64,000 nt of DNA from Candidatus Omnitrophota bacterium. Lineage in GTDB: Bacteria; Omnitrophota; Gorgyraeia; Zapsychrales; Zapsychraceae. Under the pieces are notes generated by a model. The model saw nothing but the letters and a program-made list of their open reading frames with translations, made no database searches and was not told the origin of the DNA. The translations under genes were made by a program, and so were the position numbers. The stretch covers positions 40,885-104,884 of the forward strand of contig JADFYJ010000007.1 of the NCBI GenBank assembly GCA_015233115.1, in the 5' to 3' direction. Of this stretch, positions 8,441 through 18,832 are shown one piece after another (position 1 is the first letter of the stretch; the number at the start of each line of letters is the position of its first letter).

Positions 8441-10411
8441 ATGAATACGATCGAAATTAAAAAAGTTAATAAAACTTATGGGACTGGCAAGATCGAAGTC
8501 CATGCTTTGCAGGATATTTCTTTGACGATCCAGCAGGGGGAATTTGTGGCGATCATGGGCGCTTCCGGATCTGGCAAGTCCACGCTGATGCATATTTTAG
8601 GCCTTTTGGACCGGCCTGATTCCGGCGAATATTTTCTCAATGGCCAGGAGGTCAGCAAGCTAACTGACCAAAATTGGGCTGTTTTACGCAACCAAAGCAT
8701 AGGTTTTGTATTTCAGCAATTTCATTTATTGGCTAGAATGAGCGCGTTCGATAACGTGGCCTTGCCATTGATTTACGGCGGAGACATGCAGTTAAAAGAT
8801 AATGCGCGGCTGCGGCTGATCGATGTTGGCTTAGAAGAGCGGATGAACCACAATCCCAATGAATTATCCGGCGGGCAGCAGCAGAGGGTGGCGATCGCCC
8901 GGGCCTTGATCCATGATCCATTGCTGATTTTAGCAGACGAACCAACTGGAAACCTGGATTCCAAAAGCAAGGAAGAAATTCTCGGTCTTTTTGAAAAATT
9001 AAATCAGCAAGGCAAAACTATTGTCATCGTGACTCATGAACCAGAAGTCGCGCGCCACGCCAAACGCGTCATTACTATGCGCGACGGAAAAGTGTTATCA
9101 GACATAACTTCAGCTCCACTAACTAAAGTTAAAATGACCAGCACAGCCCCTAATATCCCGCCTGCGCTTAAACCCGCAACAAAACAAAGCAGTATGAAAT
9201 TCCTGGATTATTCCCGGCAAGCTATCACCGCCATGATTGCTCATAAAATGCGCGCATTCTTATCCATTTTAGGAATTCTGATCGGCGTTGCCGCCGTAAT
9301 TGCCATGGTCGCGTTAGGCAGCGGAGCCCAGGAATCCATTGAGAAACAATTGGCGTCTTTAGGATCAAACCTTTTACTCGTTATGCCGGGATCATCCCAT
9401 GAGCATGGCGTATCTATGCAATCCGGCGCTAACACTAAATTTACTTTTCAAGATATTACGGCACTAAGTCAAGATTCGGAAAATATTGAACGTGTCAGTC
9501 CTGCAGTTTCCGGACGGACGCAAGTCGTATATGGTAGTAAAAACTGGAACACGTCCGTGGAAGGTTCTACCGCCAATTATGAACAGGTCAGAGCTGCCAC
9601 CCCTATGGCCGGTCGCTTTTTTACGGATGAAGAGGTCACCAGCCGCACCAAAGTTGTATTACTGGGAACAACCGTGGTTAAACAACTTTTTGATACAGAA
9701 GATCCTATCGGCAAAACCATTAAAATTAACCTCATCAATTTTCAAGTGATTGGCATTTTGCCCTCACATGGCGCAAACACGTTCCGTGACCAAGATGACA
9801 CGATGTTAGTTCCTATTACCACTGCCATGTACCGCTTGCTTGGCAAACAATATATTGATACAATCTACGTTCAAGCTCGGGGGCCACAGTTTGTTGATCC
9901 TGCGCAGGACGATATTGCCAAGATCATGAGTAAACAACACCATTTAGCTCCTAAAGATGAAGACAGCGCGTTTCAAGTTAGAAACATGAGTGATATGAAA
10001 GCCGCTTTAGAGTCCAGTACCAAGACTATGAGCATGCTCATTGGCGCGATCGCCGCGATTTCATTGCTGGTCGGTGGAATTGGAATCATGAACATTATGT
10101 TGGTTTCCGTTACAGAGCGAACCCGCGAAATTGGTTTGCGAAAAGCATTGGGTGCGAATAATAAAGATATTATGACCCAATTTCTAATTGAATCAATTTT
10201 GACCTCTTTAATCGGAGGGATATTAGGAATCATTGTGGGGACTGGAATTTCCGCGTTAATCACGATCGCGGCTGGCTGGGCGGTTAAAGTATCAATCATT
10301 TCGATGATCACCGCCACTTTGTTTTCCATGTTAGTTGGGCTTGTGTTTGGACTTTGGCCGGCACGGCAAGCATCTCGTTTAAATCCTATAGAAGCGTTGA
10401 GATATGAATAA
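8441..10411 (+). CDS. macB: MacB fused ABC ATPase/permease
   Basis: [52 protein letters not shown]; start reassigned to ATG 8441. Confidence 0.95.
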   Translation: MNTIEIKKVNKTYGTGKIEVHALQDISLTIQQGEFVAIMGASGSGKSTLMHILGLLDRPDSGEYFLNGQEVSKLTDQNWAVLRNQSIGFVFQQFHLLARMSAFDNVALPLIYGGDMQLKDNARLRLIDVGLEERMNHNPNELSGGQQQRVAIARALIHDPLLILADEPTGNLDSKSKEEILGLFEKLNQQGKTIVIVTHEPEVARHAKRVITMRDGKVLSDITSAPLTKVKMTSTAPNIPPALKPATKQSSMKFLDYSRQAITAMIAHKMRAFLSILGILIGVAAVIAMVALGSGAQESIEKQLASLGSNLLLVMPGSSHEHGVSMQSGANTKFTFQDITALSQDSENIERVSPAVSGRTQVVYGSKNWNTSVEGSTANYEQVRAATPMAGRFFTDEEVTSRTKVVLLGTTVVKQLFDTEDPIGKTIKINLINFQVIGILPSHGANTFRDQDDTMLVPITTAMYRLLGKQYIDTIYVQARGPQFVDPAQDDIAKIMSKQHHLAPKDEDSAFQVRNMSDMKAALESSTKTMSMLIGAIAAISLLVGGIGIMNIMLVSVTERTREIGLRKALGANNKDIMTQFLIESILTSLIGGILGIIVGTGISALITIAAGWAVKVSIISMITATLFSMLVGLVFGLWPARQASRLNPIEALRYE

Positions 10412-11762
10412 AACTAAATTAACATTTATCTTTTTAATATTATTTTTTCTTTGTCAAAATAATATATCGAGAGCAGATCAACCTGCTCCGCAACAAATAG
10501 CAATTGTTCAGCAGTCCCTAAGTCTTAATGAAGCGATTCACTTTGCGTTGAAAAACAACCTCATCATGCGGTTAGCCAGGGAACGGATCAACGAAGCCAA
10601 AGGAAAAAGCACGTCCGGCAATTCTGATTTGTTGCCGCACATAGGCATAGAAGGGTATCAAATGAAAGTTCAGCGGTTTAATTTGCAAACCATGGGACTA
10701 CCCGGCCTTCTAGGGCCGTTCGACGCGTTTGATGCTCGTCTACAACTGGAACAACGGATCTTTGATTTGAGCGCCTTTTCTAAATCCAAAGCAGAAAACC
10801 TGGCGGTCGAAATCGCGCGTTATGGCGAAGATCTTGCTCACCGGCAGGTTATGACCCAAGCCATTATGGCGTATCTGAATGTTTTAAAGAATGCCGAATC
10901 GCTCAAAACCATTGATGAAAATATCAGCGTAGCCGAAAAATTTGTAAAACTTTCTGAACATCAACGGGCTGTCGGCATGGCCACTCAGGTTGATGAAGTC
11001 CGGGCAGAGACCCGTTTGGCGCAGGAAAAAGCGGCACGCGAAAAAATTTTATTTAATTTACAATCCGCGGATTTTAACCTGAAACGCGTGACTGGCATTG
11101 CCTTAGACTGCCCGTTACGCTTAACCGATACATTGCTATTTTTTGTCGAGCCTGCGTATCCGGTTCAAAAAACTCTTGATGAGGCATTCAATAACCGGGT
11201 AGAAATCACGATCGCGGAACAAAGAGTTGAGTATAAAAAATTAAAACTGCAGGAAGCTAAAAGCCTTCATCTGCCTAAGATATCATTAGTCGGTGATTAT
11301 GGAACATCAGGAGTTCGCATCAACCGGGACAAGCATGAAGTGGGAGAATTTGGCATCAAAGCCAGTTTCCCTATATTTGAAGGCGGAGCCATCGAAGGGC
11401 AGATCATGCAAGAAACCAGTATCAAGAAGCAGGAAGAAATGACCCGCGATGATGTGTCAATACAAATTGAAGAAGATGTCCGGTTATCTCTACAAATTCT
11501 TCAAACCAGCCTTCAAGCCGTATACGCGAATGACATTGCTCAAAAACTTTCTAGCCGTGAACTGGAATATACAAAAAATCAATATATCAATGGGCTGGAG
11601 GATAATTTAAAAGTCGATGCCGCGCAATCAGACCTTGCCCAAACCAAAGAAAACTATATAACCGCATTAGCTCAATATCATACCGGCCGGGTCAATTATT
11701 ATTCCGCGATTGGAAAATTAGAACAGTTCAGTCTTAATCAACCTGAGGTGAATCATGAGTAA
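10404..11762 (+). CDS. TolC family outer membrane efflux protein
   Basis: LSLNEAIHFALKNN, LLPHI, FPIFEGG; upstream of emrAB. Confidence 0.88.
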   Translation: MNKTKLTFIFLILFFLCQNNISRADQPAPQQIAIVQQSLSLNEAIHFALKNNLIMRLARERINEAKGKSTSGNSDLLPHIGIEGYQMKVQRFNLQTMGLPGLLGPFDAFDARLQLEQRIFDLSAFSKSKAENLAVEIARYGEDLAHRQVMTQAIMAYLNVLKNAESLKTIDENISVAEKFVKLSEHQRAVGMATQVDEVRAETRLAQEKAAREKILFNLQSADFNLKRVTGIALDCPLRLTDTLLFFVEPAYPVQKTLDEAFNNRVEITIAEQRVEYKKLKLQEAKSLHLPKISLVGDYGTSGVRINRDKHEVGEFGIKASFPIFEGGAIEGQIMQETSIKKQEEMTRDDVSIQIEEDVRLSLQILQTSLQAVYANDIAQKLSSRELEYTKNQYINGLEDNLKVDAAQSDLAQTKENYITALAQYHTGRVNYYSAIGKLEQFSLNQPEVNHE

Positions 11763-12624
11763 AGAAAAAATTAAAGGATTATTACAAAATAAAAAAATCT
11801 TACGCATTTTAATCGTCATCGGTGTTATCGCGGTCATCGGGATCGTCTTAGCCATCAAAAGCCTGGGAGAAGTAACAACGGATGACGCGTTTATTGAAGG
11901 GCATATTATTCCCATCAGCCCTAAAGTAGCGGGATATGTCATAAACATTAATGTCAAAGATAATCAATTGATCAAAGCCGGATATCCATTAATCCTGATT
12001 GATGATAAAGATTACGCGATCAAAGTGGCTTCTGCCGCGGCTGACCTAAAAGCCGCTGAAGCTGAACTTCAACAAGCTAAAGAAGACGCAGACCGTTTTA
12101 AAAAACTGTTTGAAACCGGCGATGTTTCCCAACAGCAATTAGATAAAGCCGCTTTACGAGTCAATATTGCTGACGCCCAAACCTCTGCTAAAGAAGCCGC
12201 CTTGAACCAGGCACAGCTTAATTTATCGTATACAAAAATTACTGCTCCGGCTGACGGGCAAGTAACGCGAAAATCAACCGAAGAAGGGGCATACTTACAG
12301 CCCGGCCAAGTGATTATGGCCATTGTGCCTCCTGAACGCTGGGTGGTGGCTAATTTAAAAGAAACCCAATTAACCCATATTAAACCCGGCCAAAAAGTTT
12401 CCATTAAAATTGACGCTTATCCTCATAAAATATGGCACGGGCATGTGGATAGTGTTCAGCGCGGCACAGGCAGTAAATTCAGCCTTTTGCCGTCAGAGAA
12501 CGCCACAGGCAATTTCATAAAAGTTGTCCAACGTGTCCCGGTCAAAATTTTGATTGATGATGCCATTGATTCAACGACAATATCTTTAGGCATGTCCGTT
12601 GTCCCGACAATAAAAATCGAATAA
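11755..12624 (+). CDS. emrA: EmrA/HlyD family adaptor
   Basis: TTDDAFIEG, FSLLPSENATGNFIKVVQRVPVKI. Confidence 0.92.
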   Translation: MSKEKIKGLLQNKKILRILIVIGVIAVIGIVLAIKSLGEVTTDDAFIEGHIIPISPKVAGYVININVKDNQLIKAGYPLILIDDKDYAIKVASAAADLKAAEAELQQAKEDADRFKKLFETGDVSQQQLDKAALRVNIADAQTSAKEAALNQAQLNLSYTKITAPADGQVTRKSTEEGAYLQPGQVIMAIVPPERWVVANLKETQLTHIKPGQKVSIKIDAYPHKIWHGHVDSVQRGTGSKFSLLPSENATGNFIKVVQRVPVKILIDDAIDSTTISLGMSVVPTIKIE

Positions 12625-12628
12625 ATTC

Positions 12629-14218
12629 ATGGCTATAACACCTGAAGACACAACAGCCGCCCCTTTACCTGACCCTAACCGCTGGATGATCGCGATGGCG
12701 GTTATGTTCGGCGCTGTTATGGCTGTTATGGACATCAGTGTCGTTAATGTGGCTCTGCCGCATATGATGGGGAATTTCGGACAAAATATTTCTTCCATCA
12801 CCTGGGTCGCGACCGCGTATAGTATCGCGGCCGTTATTATGGTCACCATGTCCAATTGGTGGTCCACGTTACTCGGCCGAAAATATTTTTATCTGCTGTC
12901 CTTTGTCATTTTTACAGTCGGTTCAATTCTGTGCGGCTTTGCCCACACTTTTCCGGAAATGATCATTTACCGCATTATTCAAGGGATAGGGGGAGGCAGC
13001 CTCATCCCGATCGCGCAAGCTATTATCCGCGAAACTTTTCCCAGAAAAGAACAAGGCATGGCTATGGCTGTTTTTTCCATGGGTGTAGTCGTTGCTCCGG
13101 CTATCGGGCCGGTGCTCGGCGGCTGGCTGACTGACCAGCTAGGCTGGCCCTGGATTTTTTTCATTAATATCCCTATCAGCATTATCGGCATGTTTTTAGT
13201 TTGGCTTTATGTGCATGACCCTGTATATCTCCGCCGAGGAATACAGAAAGTTGATGTGCCAGGAATTGTGTTATTAACATTAGGATTGACAGGCTTACAG
13301 ACCATATTAGAACGCGGACAACAGGAAAACTGGTTTGACTCCAATTTTATTGTATGGGGAACCATTTTTACCATAACGACGTTAACACTGCTTGTTCTCT
13401 GGGAACTACGCGTCAAAGAACCCATTGTCAATTTTAGAGTATTTAAAAACGAACAATTCAGTTTAGGCTGTATGGTCATATTTTTATTCGGTATCGCTTT
13501 GTTCGGAACCACATTTATTTTGCCGCAATTTACTCAACGGCTTTTAAATTATCCCGCGTTCCAGGCCGGCCTGACACTCATGCCCCGCGCGATCGCCCTG
13601 ATCATTGTGCTTCCGCTGGTAGGAAAACTATATAATCACAGCGATCCGCGCGCTTTAATGCTATTCGGCATTGTTGTTGTCTGCATTTCCTATTTTCAGT
13701 TAGCGCATTTGGCTACGATAGCTGGTTCAAGCAACATTATCAGTATTTTACTTTTAATGGGTGCAGGCATGCCTTTTTTATTTATTCCTCTGTCTACACT
13801 GACTTTAAATTCTGTGCCCAAGGAAAGCTCAACTGCCGCGACCGGATTATTTAATCTCACTCAGCAAATAGGAGGGAATGTCGGTTACGCGCTCATGGCG
13901 ACACTGCTCGACCGTTTTTCTACAATACACCATGCCTATTTATCCGAAAATATTAGTCCATATAATCCCAATTACACTCTGTTCGCCCAACAAGCATCAG
14001 CCACACTAGCCTCCAAAGGCATGGCCGCAGGAGGGCAAGGACAATCCAGTATTCTCGCGATCGTCAATCGCCTAGTCACCCAACAAGCAGAGATGATGGC
14101 CTACAACGACCTTTCCATCGTCCTCATGTTTCTTTTCCTATGCTGCATCCCGCTCATCATAATCATGCGCGCCCCTAAAGGAGGCATGCATTCCAATCCG
14201 CATGTCGGAGAAATGTAA
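12629..14218 (+). CDS. emrB: EmrB/QacA DHA2 MFS transporter
   Basis: MDISVVNVALPHM, GPVLGGWLTD..WPWIFFINIP, ERGQQENWFDS. Confidence 0.93.
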   Translation: MAITPEDTTAAPLPDPNRWMIAMAVMFGAVMAVMDISVVNVALPHMMGNFGQNISSITWVATAYSIAAVIMVTMSNWWSTLLGRKYFYLLSFVIFTVGSILCGFAHTFPEMIIYRIIQGIGGGSLIPIAQAIIRETFPRKEQGMAMAVFSMGVVVAPAIGPVLGGWLTDQLGWPWIFFINIPISIIGMFLVWLYVHDPVYLRRGIQKVDVPGIVLLTLGLTGLQTILERGQQENWFDSNFIVWGTIFTITTLTLLVLWELRVKEPIVNFRVFKNEQFSLGCMVIFLFGIALFGTTFILPQFTQRLLNYPAFQAGLTLMPRAIALIIVLPLVGKLYNHSDPRALMLFGIVVVCISYFQLAHLATIAGSSNIISILLLMGAGMPFLFIPLSTLTLNSVPKESSTAATGLFNLTQQIGGNVGYALMATLLDRFSTIHHAYLSENISPYNPNYTLFAQQASATLASKGMAAGGQGQSSILAIVNRLVTQQAEMMAYNDLSIVLMFLFLCCIPLIIIMRAPKGGMHSNPHVGEM

Positions 14219-14231
14219 TAAAAGCAGTATG

Positions 14232-14270
14232 TAAATCCTTTCTAAATCCTTTCTAAATCCTTTCTAAATC
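14232..14270 (+). repeat. 11-bp tandem repeat (TAAATCCTTTC x3.5)
   Basis: Directly readable just after the emrB stop. Confidence 0.85.
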
Positions 14271-14309
14271 AATTGCTGAAAATTTGTATTCATATTAGAA
14301 TATGTGCCT

Positions 14310-14963
14310 ATGAAAGAGCGACACATTCTTATTTCTGATTTTGACGGCACTATGACCAAATATGATTTTTATGATTTGGTCTGCGCGGAATTTCCAGAGA
14401 TTGCCGGAACTTATTGGCATCAATATGAAGAAGGGAAGATTACGCATTTTGAAGCCTTACGATCGATATTTGCCGGTATACGCGCGGACGAATCACGCCT
14501 TTTAAAAATAATAGAAAAAATGCAGATTGAACCAAAATTATTGGCATGCGTGGCTGATCTCCATAAATCCGGTTGGGAAATTACCGTTGCCTCAGCCGGC
14601 TGTGACTGGTATATTAAACGCCTTTTAAAAACTGCTCAGGTATCTATAAACGTCTATGCCAATCCGGGTGAATTTTATCCGGATAAAGGACTGCTGATGA
14701 GATTGCCTGAAAGATCACCATTTTTTTCACCTGATCTAGGCGTCAACAAAGTCGCGGTCGTGCGTGATGCTTTAAACCGATCAAATGTCGTGGCATTCGC
14801 TGGCGATGGTAGGCCAGATCTGGCTCCGGCACTACTGGTACCAGCTAAACGACGTTTCGCGAAAAGCTGGTTAGCGCAAAAACTCAAAGAAATAGGGGAA
14901 GACTTTCAGCCATTTATCCAATGGTCGGAGGTGGCCCAACAACTGCAAAAAAATAAATTATAA
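14310..14963 (+). CDS. MtnX-like HAD-IB phosphatase
   Basis: SDFDGT motif I, VASAG motif II, AGDGRPD motif IV. Confidence 0.85.
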   Translation: MKERHILISDFDGTMTKYDFYDLVCAEFPEIAGTYWHQYEEGKITHFEALRSIFAGIRADESRLLKIIEKMQIEPKLLACVADLHKSGWEITVASAGCDWYIKRLLKTAQVSINVYANPGEFYPDKGLLMRLPERSPFFSPDLGVNKVAVVRDALNRSNVVAFAGDGRPDLAPALLVPAKRRFAKSWLAQKLKEIGEDFQPFIQWSEVAQQLQKNKL

Positions 14964-14975
14964 AAGCGATTGATG

Positions 14976-15109
14976 CGGGCGATCAGGAGATCGCCCCTAC
15001 GAAGGACATAATGTCCGCGTAGTACTGGAGGCACCTGCGAGCAGCACAAAAATGTACATGATTTAAAAAAATAATCGTAATTTCGTAGGGGAGATCTCCT
15101 GATCTCCCG
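14976..15109. repeat. Inverted pair of GTAG-type REP hairpins (REPIN-like)
   Basis: Minus-strand GTAGGGGCGATCTCCTGATCGCCCG and plus-strand GTAGGGGAGATCTCCTGATCTCCCG. Confidence 0.8.
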
Positions 15110-15150
15110 TAACAAAATTATCGTTTTAAAAAACGAAAGAAAGATACCGC

Positions 15151-16197
15151 GTGAAAACTACTTCCATTTCTATACCAACTTTAGTCCGCATTAAACGCGG
15201 TGCGCTTGACCGGCTGGGAGTTTATGCCCGACGAAACCAGCTATACAAAGTCGTATTATTTTATAACAAAGAATTAGACCCTGCTTTGGTCGAACGCGTT
15301 GATGAAGCCATGCACGAAGAAGGCATAGAAATACTTCAACATTTCGAAGTCGTTTCCTCATCGTTTGACCAGGCCCAGGAACTTTTCCAGGCCATGCCGT
15401 CATCCGCTAATGCCATTTTCGCTTTCGGCGGGGGGAAAGCTCTGGACATCGCGAAATACGTTGCTTTTCTCGGACAAATACCTTATGTTGCTTCGCCTAC
15501 GGCATTATCAAACGACGCATTTTGCAGTCCTCAATCCAGCCTGGAATTTAAAGGCAAAAAACGTTCATTTCCCGCAGCCATTCCGTATGGCGTAGTCATT
15601 GACACGGAAGTCTGCTTAAACGCGCCCATGATCCTGTGGCTGTCCGGAATAGGAGACTTGGTTTCAAAGATCACCGCGGTTTACGACTGGAAATTGGCCC
15701 ATAAAATTAAAGGCACACAAGTCGACGATTTTGCCGCGTTGCTTTCCGATGCTACCGTATTTCAACTTATGGCCAAACCTGAGCATGATCTGGACGGGAT
15801 AAAATTATTAGGCACAGCACTCATGTTAAACGGCATTGCCATGGCCATATGCGGATCATCGCGGCCCGCGAGCGGAAGCGAACATTTAATCTCGCATGCC
15901 TTAGATCAAATCTGTAAAAAACCGCGATTACACGGTTTACAAGTTGGCACAGCGACCTATTTAATTAGTCAATTGCAAGGGCAAGGAACCACAAAAATCG
16001 CTAAACTTCTTGATGACACCGGATTTTGGGATATGATTAAAACTGATCCATTTATAAAAGAAGAATGGGTGGCTGCTTTCAAAATGGCGCCAACAATTAA
16101 AAATGATTTTTATACAATCTTATCTGAAAAAGACCAGGTGCCTGATTTGATCAAAATCATGGAAACAGACCCTCGGTTGAAAAACATTTTTACTTAA
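15151..16197 (+). CDS. Glycerol-1-phosphate dehydrogenase-like (EgsA/AraM, DHQ-FeADH superfamily)
   Basis: GGGKALDIAKY, PTALSNDAFCSP, SRPASGSEHLISHALD, LHGLQVG. Confidence 0.78.
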   Translation: MKTTSISIPTLVRIKRGALDRLGVYARRNQLYKVVLFYNKELDPALVERVDEAMHEEGIEILQHFEVVSSSFDQAQELFQAMPSSANAIFAFGGGKALDIAKYVAFLGQIPYVASPTALSNDAFCSPQSSLEFKGKKRSFPAAIPYGVVIDTEVCLNAPMILWLSGIGDLVSKITAVYDWKLAHKIKGTQVDDFAALLSDATVFQLMAKPEHDLDGIKLLGTALMLNGIAMAICGSSRPASGSEHLISHALDQICKKPRLHGLQVGTATYLISQLQGQGTTKIAKLLDDTGFWDMIKTDPFIKEEWVAAFKMAPTIKNDFYTILSEKDQVPDLIKIMETDPRLKNIFT

Positions 16198-16199
16198 CT

Positions 16200-16802
16200 A
16201 TGACCATACTCGAAAATATTTTTCCACCTCCGACTATAAATGGATTTTTTGGCGATAGCGCGTCATTTTATTTTATCCTAAATTTATCAATTCTTATCTG
16301 GCTTGTAATCGTTTTAAGGAGCCGCGCCTTTTTAATAAAATCAAATCAATTCCAAACTGATAAATTTCAAACAAGCGTATTTCATTCCTTAATAATAGTC
16401 ATGCTGCTTATCAATTTGGCCCAACTCATTCAACACCAAAACTATTTTCGCGCATTTTATAATGCGCTAGCAAGAAAAGAAACTCCGGAAAAACTTAAAT
16501 ACATGATCGGCTTTCCCTATAAATTTGCCGTAAACTGCCGGAGTAAATATATAAATGGTCACACTAATGGCCGTTTACTGACAGACTGGGATATACAAAG
16601 TAATCCTGGCATGACCTACCAGAGGGAAATCGCCTATTACATTTATCCCATTAAAATTCGAGGAAATAATACAAATATTAAACCTGATTATTTAGTTTTT
16701 TTTGATAAAACTAATGCGGAATCCTTAGTTCCGGCTAACTATGTCATTAAAGTTAAAATGGATGAGCAAAATTTATTAGCAGTGAGGAAGGATTTGTTCT
16801 AA
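16200..16802 (+). CDS. Hypothetical membrane protein
   Basis: 200-aa ORF with two TM segments, translationally coupled to the next gene. Confidence 0.6.
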   Translation: MTILENIFPPPTINGFFGDSASFYFILNLSILIWLVIVLRSRAFLIKSNQFQTDKFQTSVFHSLIIVMLLINLAQLIQHQNYFRAFYNALARKETPEKLKYMIGFPYKFAVNCRSKYINGHTNGRLLTDWDIQSNPGMTYQREIAYYIYPIKIRGNNTNIKPDYLVFFDKTNAESLVPANYVIKVKMDEQNLLAVRKDLF

Positions 16803-18196
16803 TGATCTGGTTGCGCGTGCTATTCAGTTTTTTAATTCCGGTTTTTCTTGGCATTCAATGCTTGAAATTGATCCTTCAAAATCAAAAATTAGACAAGCTA
16901 TTAACATTGGCATTAGCCTACGGCTTAGGCTGGGGCATATTGACGCATACAATGCTTATCATTGGAATACTTCGAATCCCTTACACATTTTTTAACCTTA
17001 TTGTTGCTTTGGCAGCAGTAAGTTTGATATTATTTTTATCCCTCCGGCTAATTCCCGCCAGACGTGAAGAGATAACCACCTCCCCCACAAATATTGACCC
17101 CGATATTTCTCGCGTTAACATATTTTTTAAATTTGCTATTTATTTTTTTCTGGCCTATTACTCCATTTTTTTAATCTGGTGGAGTTTGAATATTCCCGTC
17201 TACGAATGGGATTCTCTGGCCACCGCTGCGTATAACGCAAAAATATTATTCTTTGAAAAAAATTTATCCGCCCAACAATATTTTGCGCATCAAGCCTATC
17301 CATTATTTGTTCCGTTTGTCTTTACTTGGTTTTCAATTTGCTTAGGCGTATGGGAAGACCAAATCGTAAGATTATTTTTTCCAATTTTATTTTTCATGTT
17401 TGCGATTATATTTTATAACACACTTAAACAGCTCACCTCCCGCGCTAAAGCTCTTATAGGATTATTTATATTAACCTCGTCAAATTTTCTCATGTGGCAA
17501 GCCGGTTCAACCTATCGTGATCTTCCCATGATGTACTTTTTTTGCACAACAGTTTTTTTATTAGTCTTATGGCAAAAGAGCCAAAAAGAAACGTATTTTC
17601 AAATTGCGTCTATTTTTAGCGCCTTCGGAACGTTTGTCAAACTAGAGGGAACCGCCTATTTTGGCCTCACCATCCTGCTGGCCGCCTATATTCTTATACA
17701 AGACAAAACGCTTAGTCTAAAAATAAAAATCAAAAACATATTAAAGTATGCCTATCCCGGAATTCTATTATGCGGAATATATTCCCTATACAAAATTTTC
17801 GCGGGTTATCTCGCCACCGAATATTTACAATACAATTTCGCGCATATTGAATACTATTTTACAAATTCAATTCGCGCCTTTTTCAGCGCCATGTTTTTTA
17901 CTGCTAACTGGAATATCGTTTGGCAAATTTTATTTGTGGGGATTTTCATTAATTTTCATAAAATTAAAACTAACTTTTCGTTAAAAACTCTATTTTTAAC
18001 TTTAATGCTTTTTATAGGATTGTATTTAACTCTGGCGACCATCAGTGGCGCCCAAGTTCCTTATACATCTCCGTTCGGTTTATCACGTTTTCTGATCCAT
18101 TGTTTTCCCATTTCCGTCATCCTTATTGTCCTGCTTTTCGATAACGATATTTCATTGAACCAAGAAACAAAAACTACAAAGGAGAGAGCATCATGA
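16802..18196 (+). CDS. Polytopic membrane protein, probable GT-C glycosyltransferase
   Basis: Many TMs, loop WDSLA..YPLFVP, YRDLP, KLEG motifs. Confidence 0.55.
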   Translation: MIWLRVLFSFLIPVFLGIQCLKLILQNQKLDKLLTLALAYGLGWGILTHTMLIIGILRIPYTFFNLIVALAAVSLILFLSLRLIPARREEITTSPTNIDPDISRVNIFFKFAIYFFLAYYSIFLIWWSLNIPVYEWDSLATAAYNAKILFFEKNLSAQQYFAHQAYPLFVPFVFTWFSICLGVWEDQIVRLFFPILFFMFAIIFYNTLKQLTSRAKALIGLFILTSSNFLMWQAGSTYRDLPMMYFFCTTVFLLVLWQKSQKETYFQIASIFSAFGTFVKLEGTAYFGLTILLAAYILIQDKTLSLKIKIKNILKYAYPGILLCGIYSLYKIFAGYLATEYLQYNFAHIEYYFTNSIRAFFSAMFFTANWNIVWQILFVGIFINFHKIKTNFSLKTLFLTLMLFIGLYLTLATISGAQVPYTSPFGLSRFLIHCFPISVILIVLLFDNDISLNQETKTTKERAS

Positions 18197-18825
18197 TTGA
18201 TTTTGTCATCCATATTCAACGGCATTTACATGAAATTATCCAACATTTTGGAGTATGGTCGTACTTAATTTTATTTTTAATTGTTTTTTGCGAAACCGGT
18301 TTAGTCGTAACGCCATTTTTGCCGGGTGATTCACTATTATTTACAGCCGGCACTTTTGCCGCGATCGGTTCATTTAAAGTACTCTGGCTATGGGCTATTT
18401 TAGTACTGGCCGCCATACTCGGGGACAACACTAATTATTTTATTGGTAAAATATTTGGCGAACGATGGATCAAAAACGAGAAATCAAAATTGTTTAAAAA
18501 AGAAAATATTGAAAAAACCCACGGGTTCTTTGAAAAATATGGAGGGAAAACGCTTATTCTAGCGCAGTTTGTCCCAATAATCAGAACCTTTGCCCCGTTT
18601 GTCGCCGGCGTAGGCTTAATGAGCTATAAAAAATTCTTATTTTTTAACGTCAGTGGTGTGCTGTTATGGGTCAGTTTGTTTGTCTTTGGCGGATATTATT
18701 TCGGAAACATCCCCATCGTCAAAGAACATTTTTCTGTCGTAATCTTAATGATCATCGTCATATCCATGCTCCCCGCGGTGTGGGAAATTTACAAAGCCAG
18801 GAGTCACAAATCAGGCCAAAAGTAA
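18193..18825 (+). CDS. dedA: DedA family protein
   Basis: FCETGLVVTPFLPGDSLLF, FVPIIRTFAPFVAG. Confidence 0.93.
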   Translation: MIDFVIHIQRHLHEIIQHFGVWSYLILFLIVFCETGLVVTPFLPGDSLLFTAGTFAAIGSFKVLWLWAILVLAAILGDNTNYFIGKIFGERWIKNEKSKLFKKENIEKTHGFFEKYGGKTLILAQFVPIIRTFAPFVAGVGLMSYKKFLFFNVSGVLLWVSLFVFGGYYFGNIPIVKEHFSVVILMIIVISMLPAVWEIYKARSHKSGQK

Positions 18826-18832
18826 AATACCC

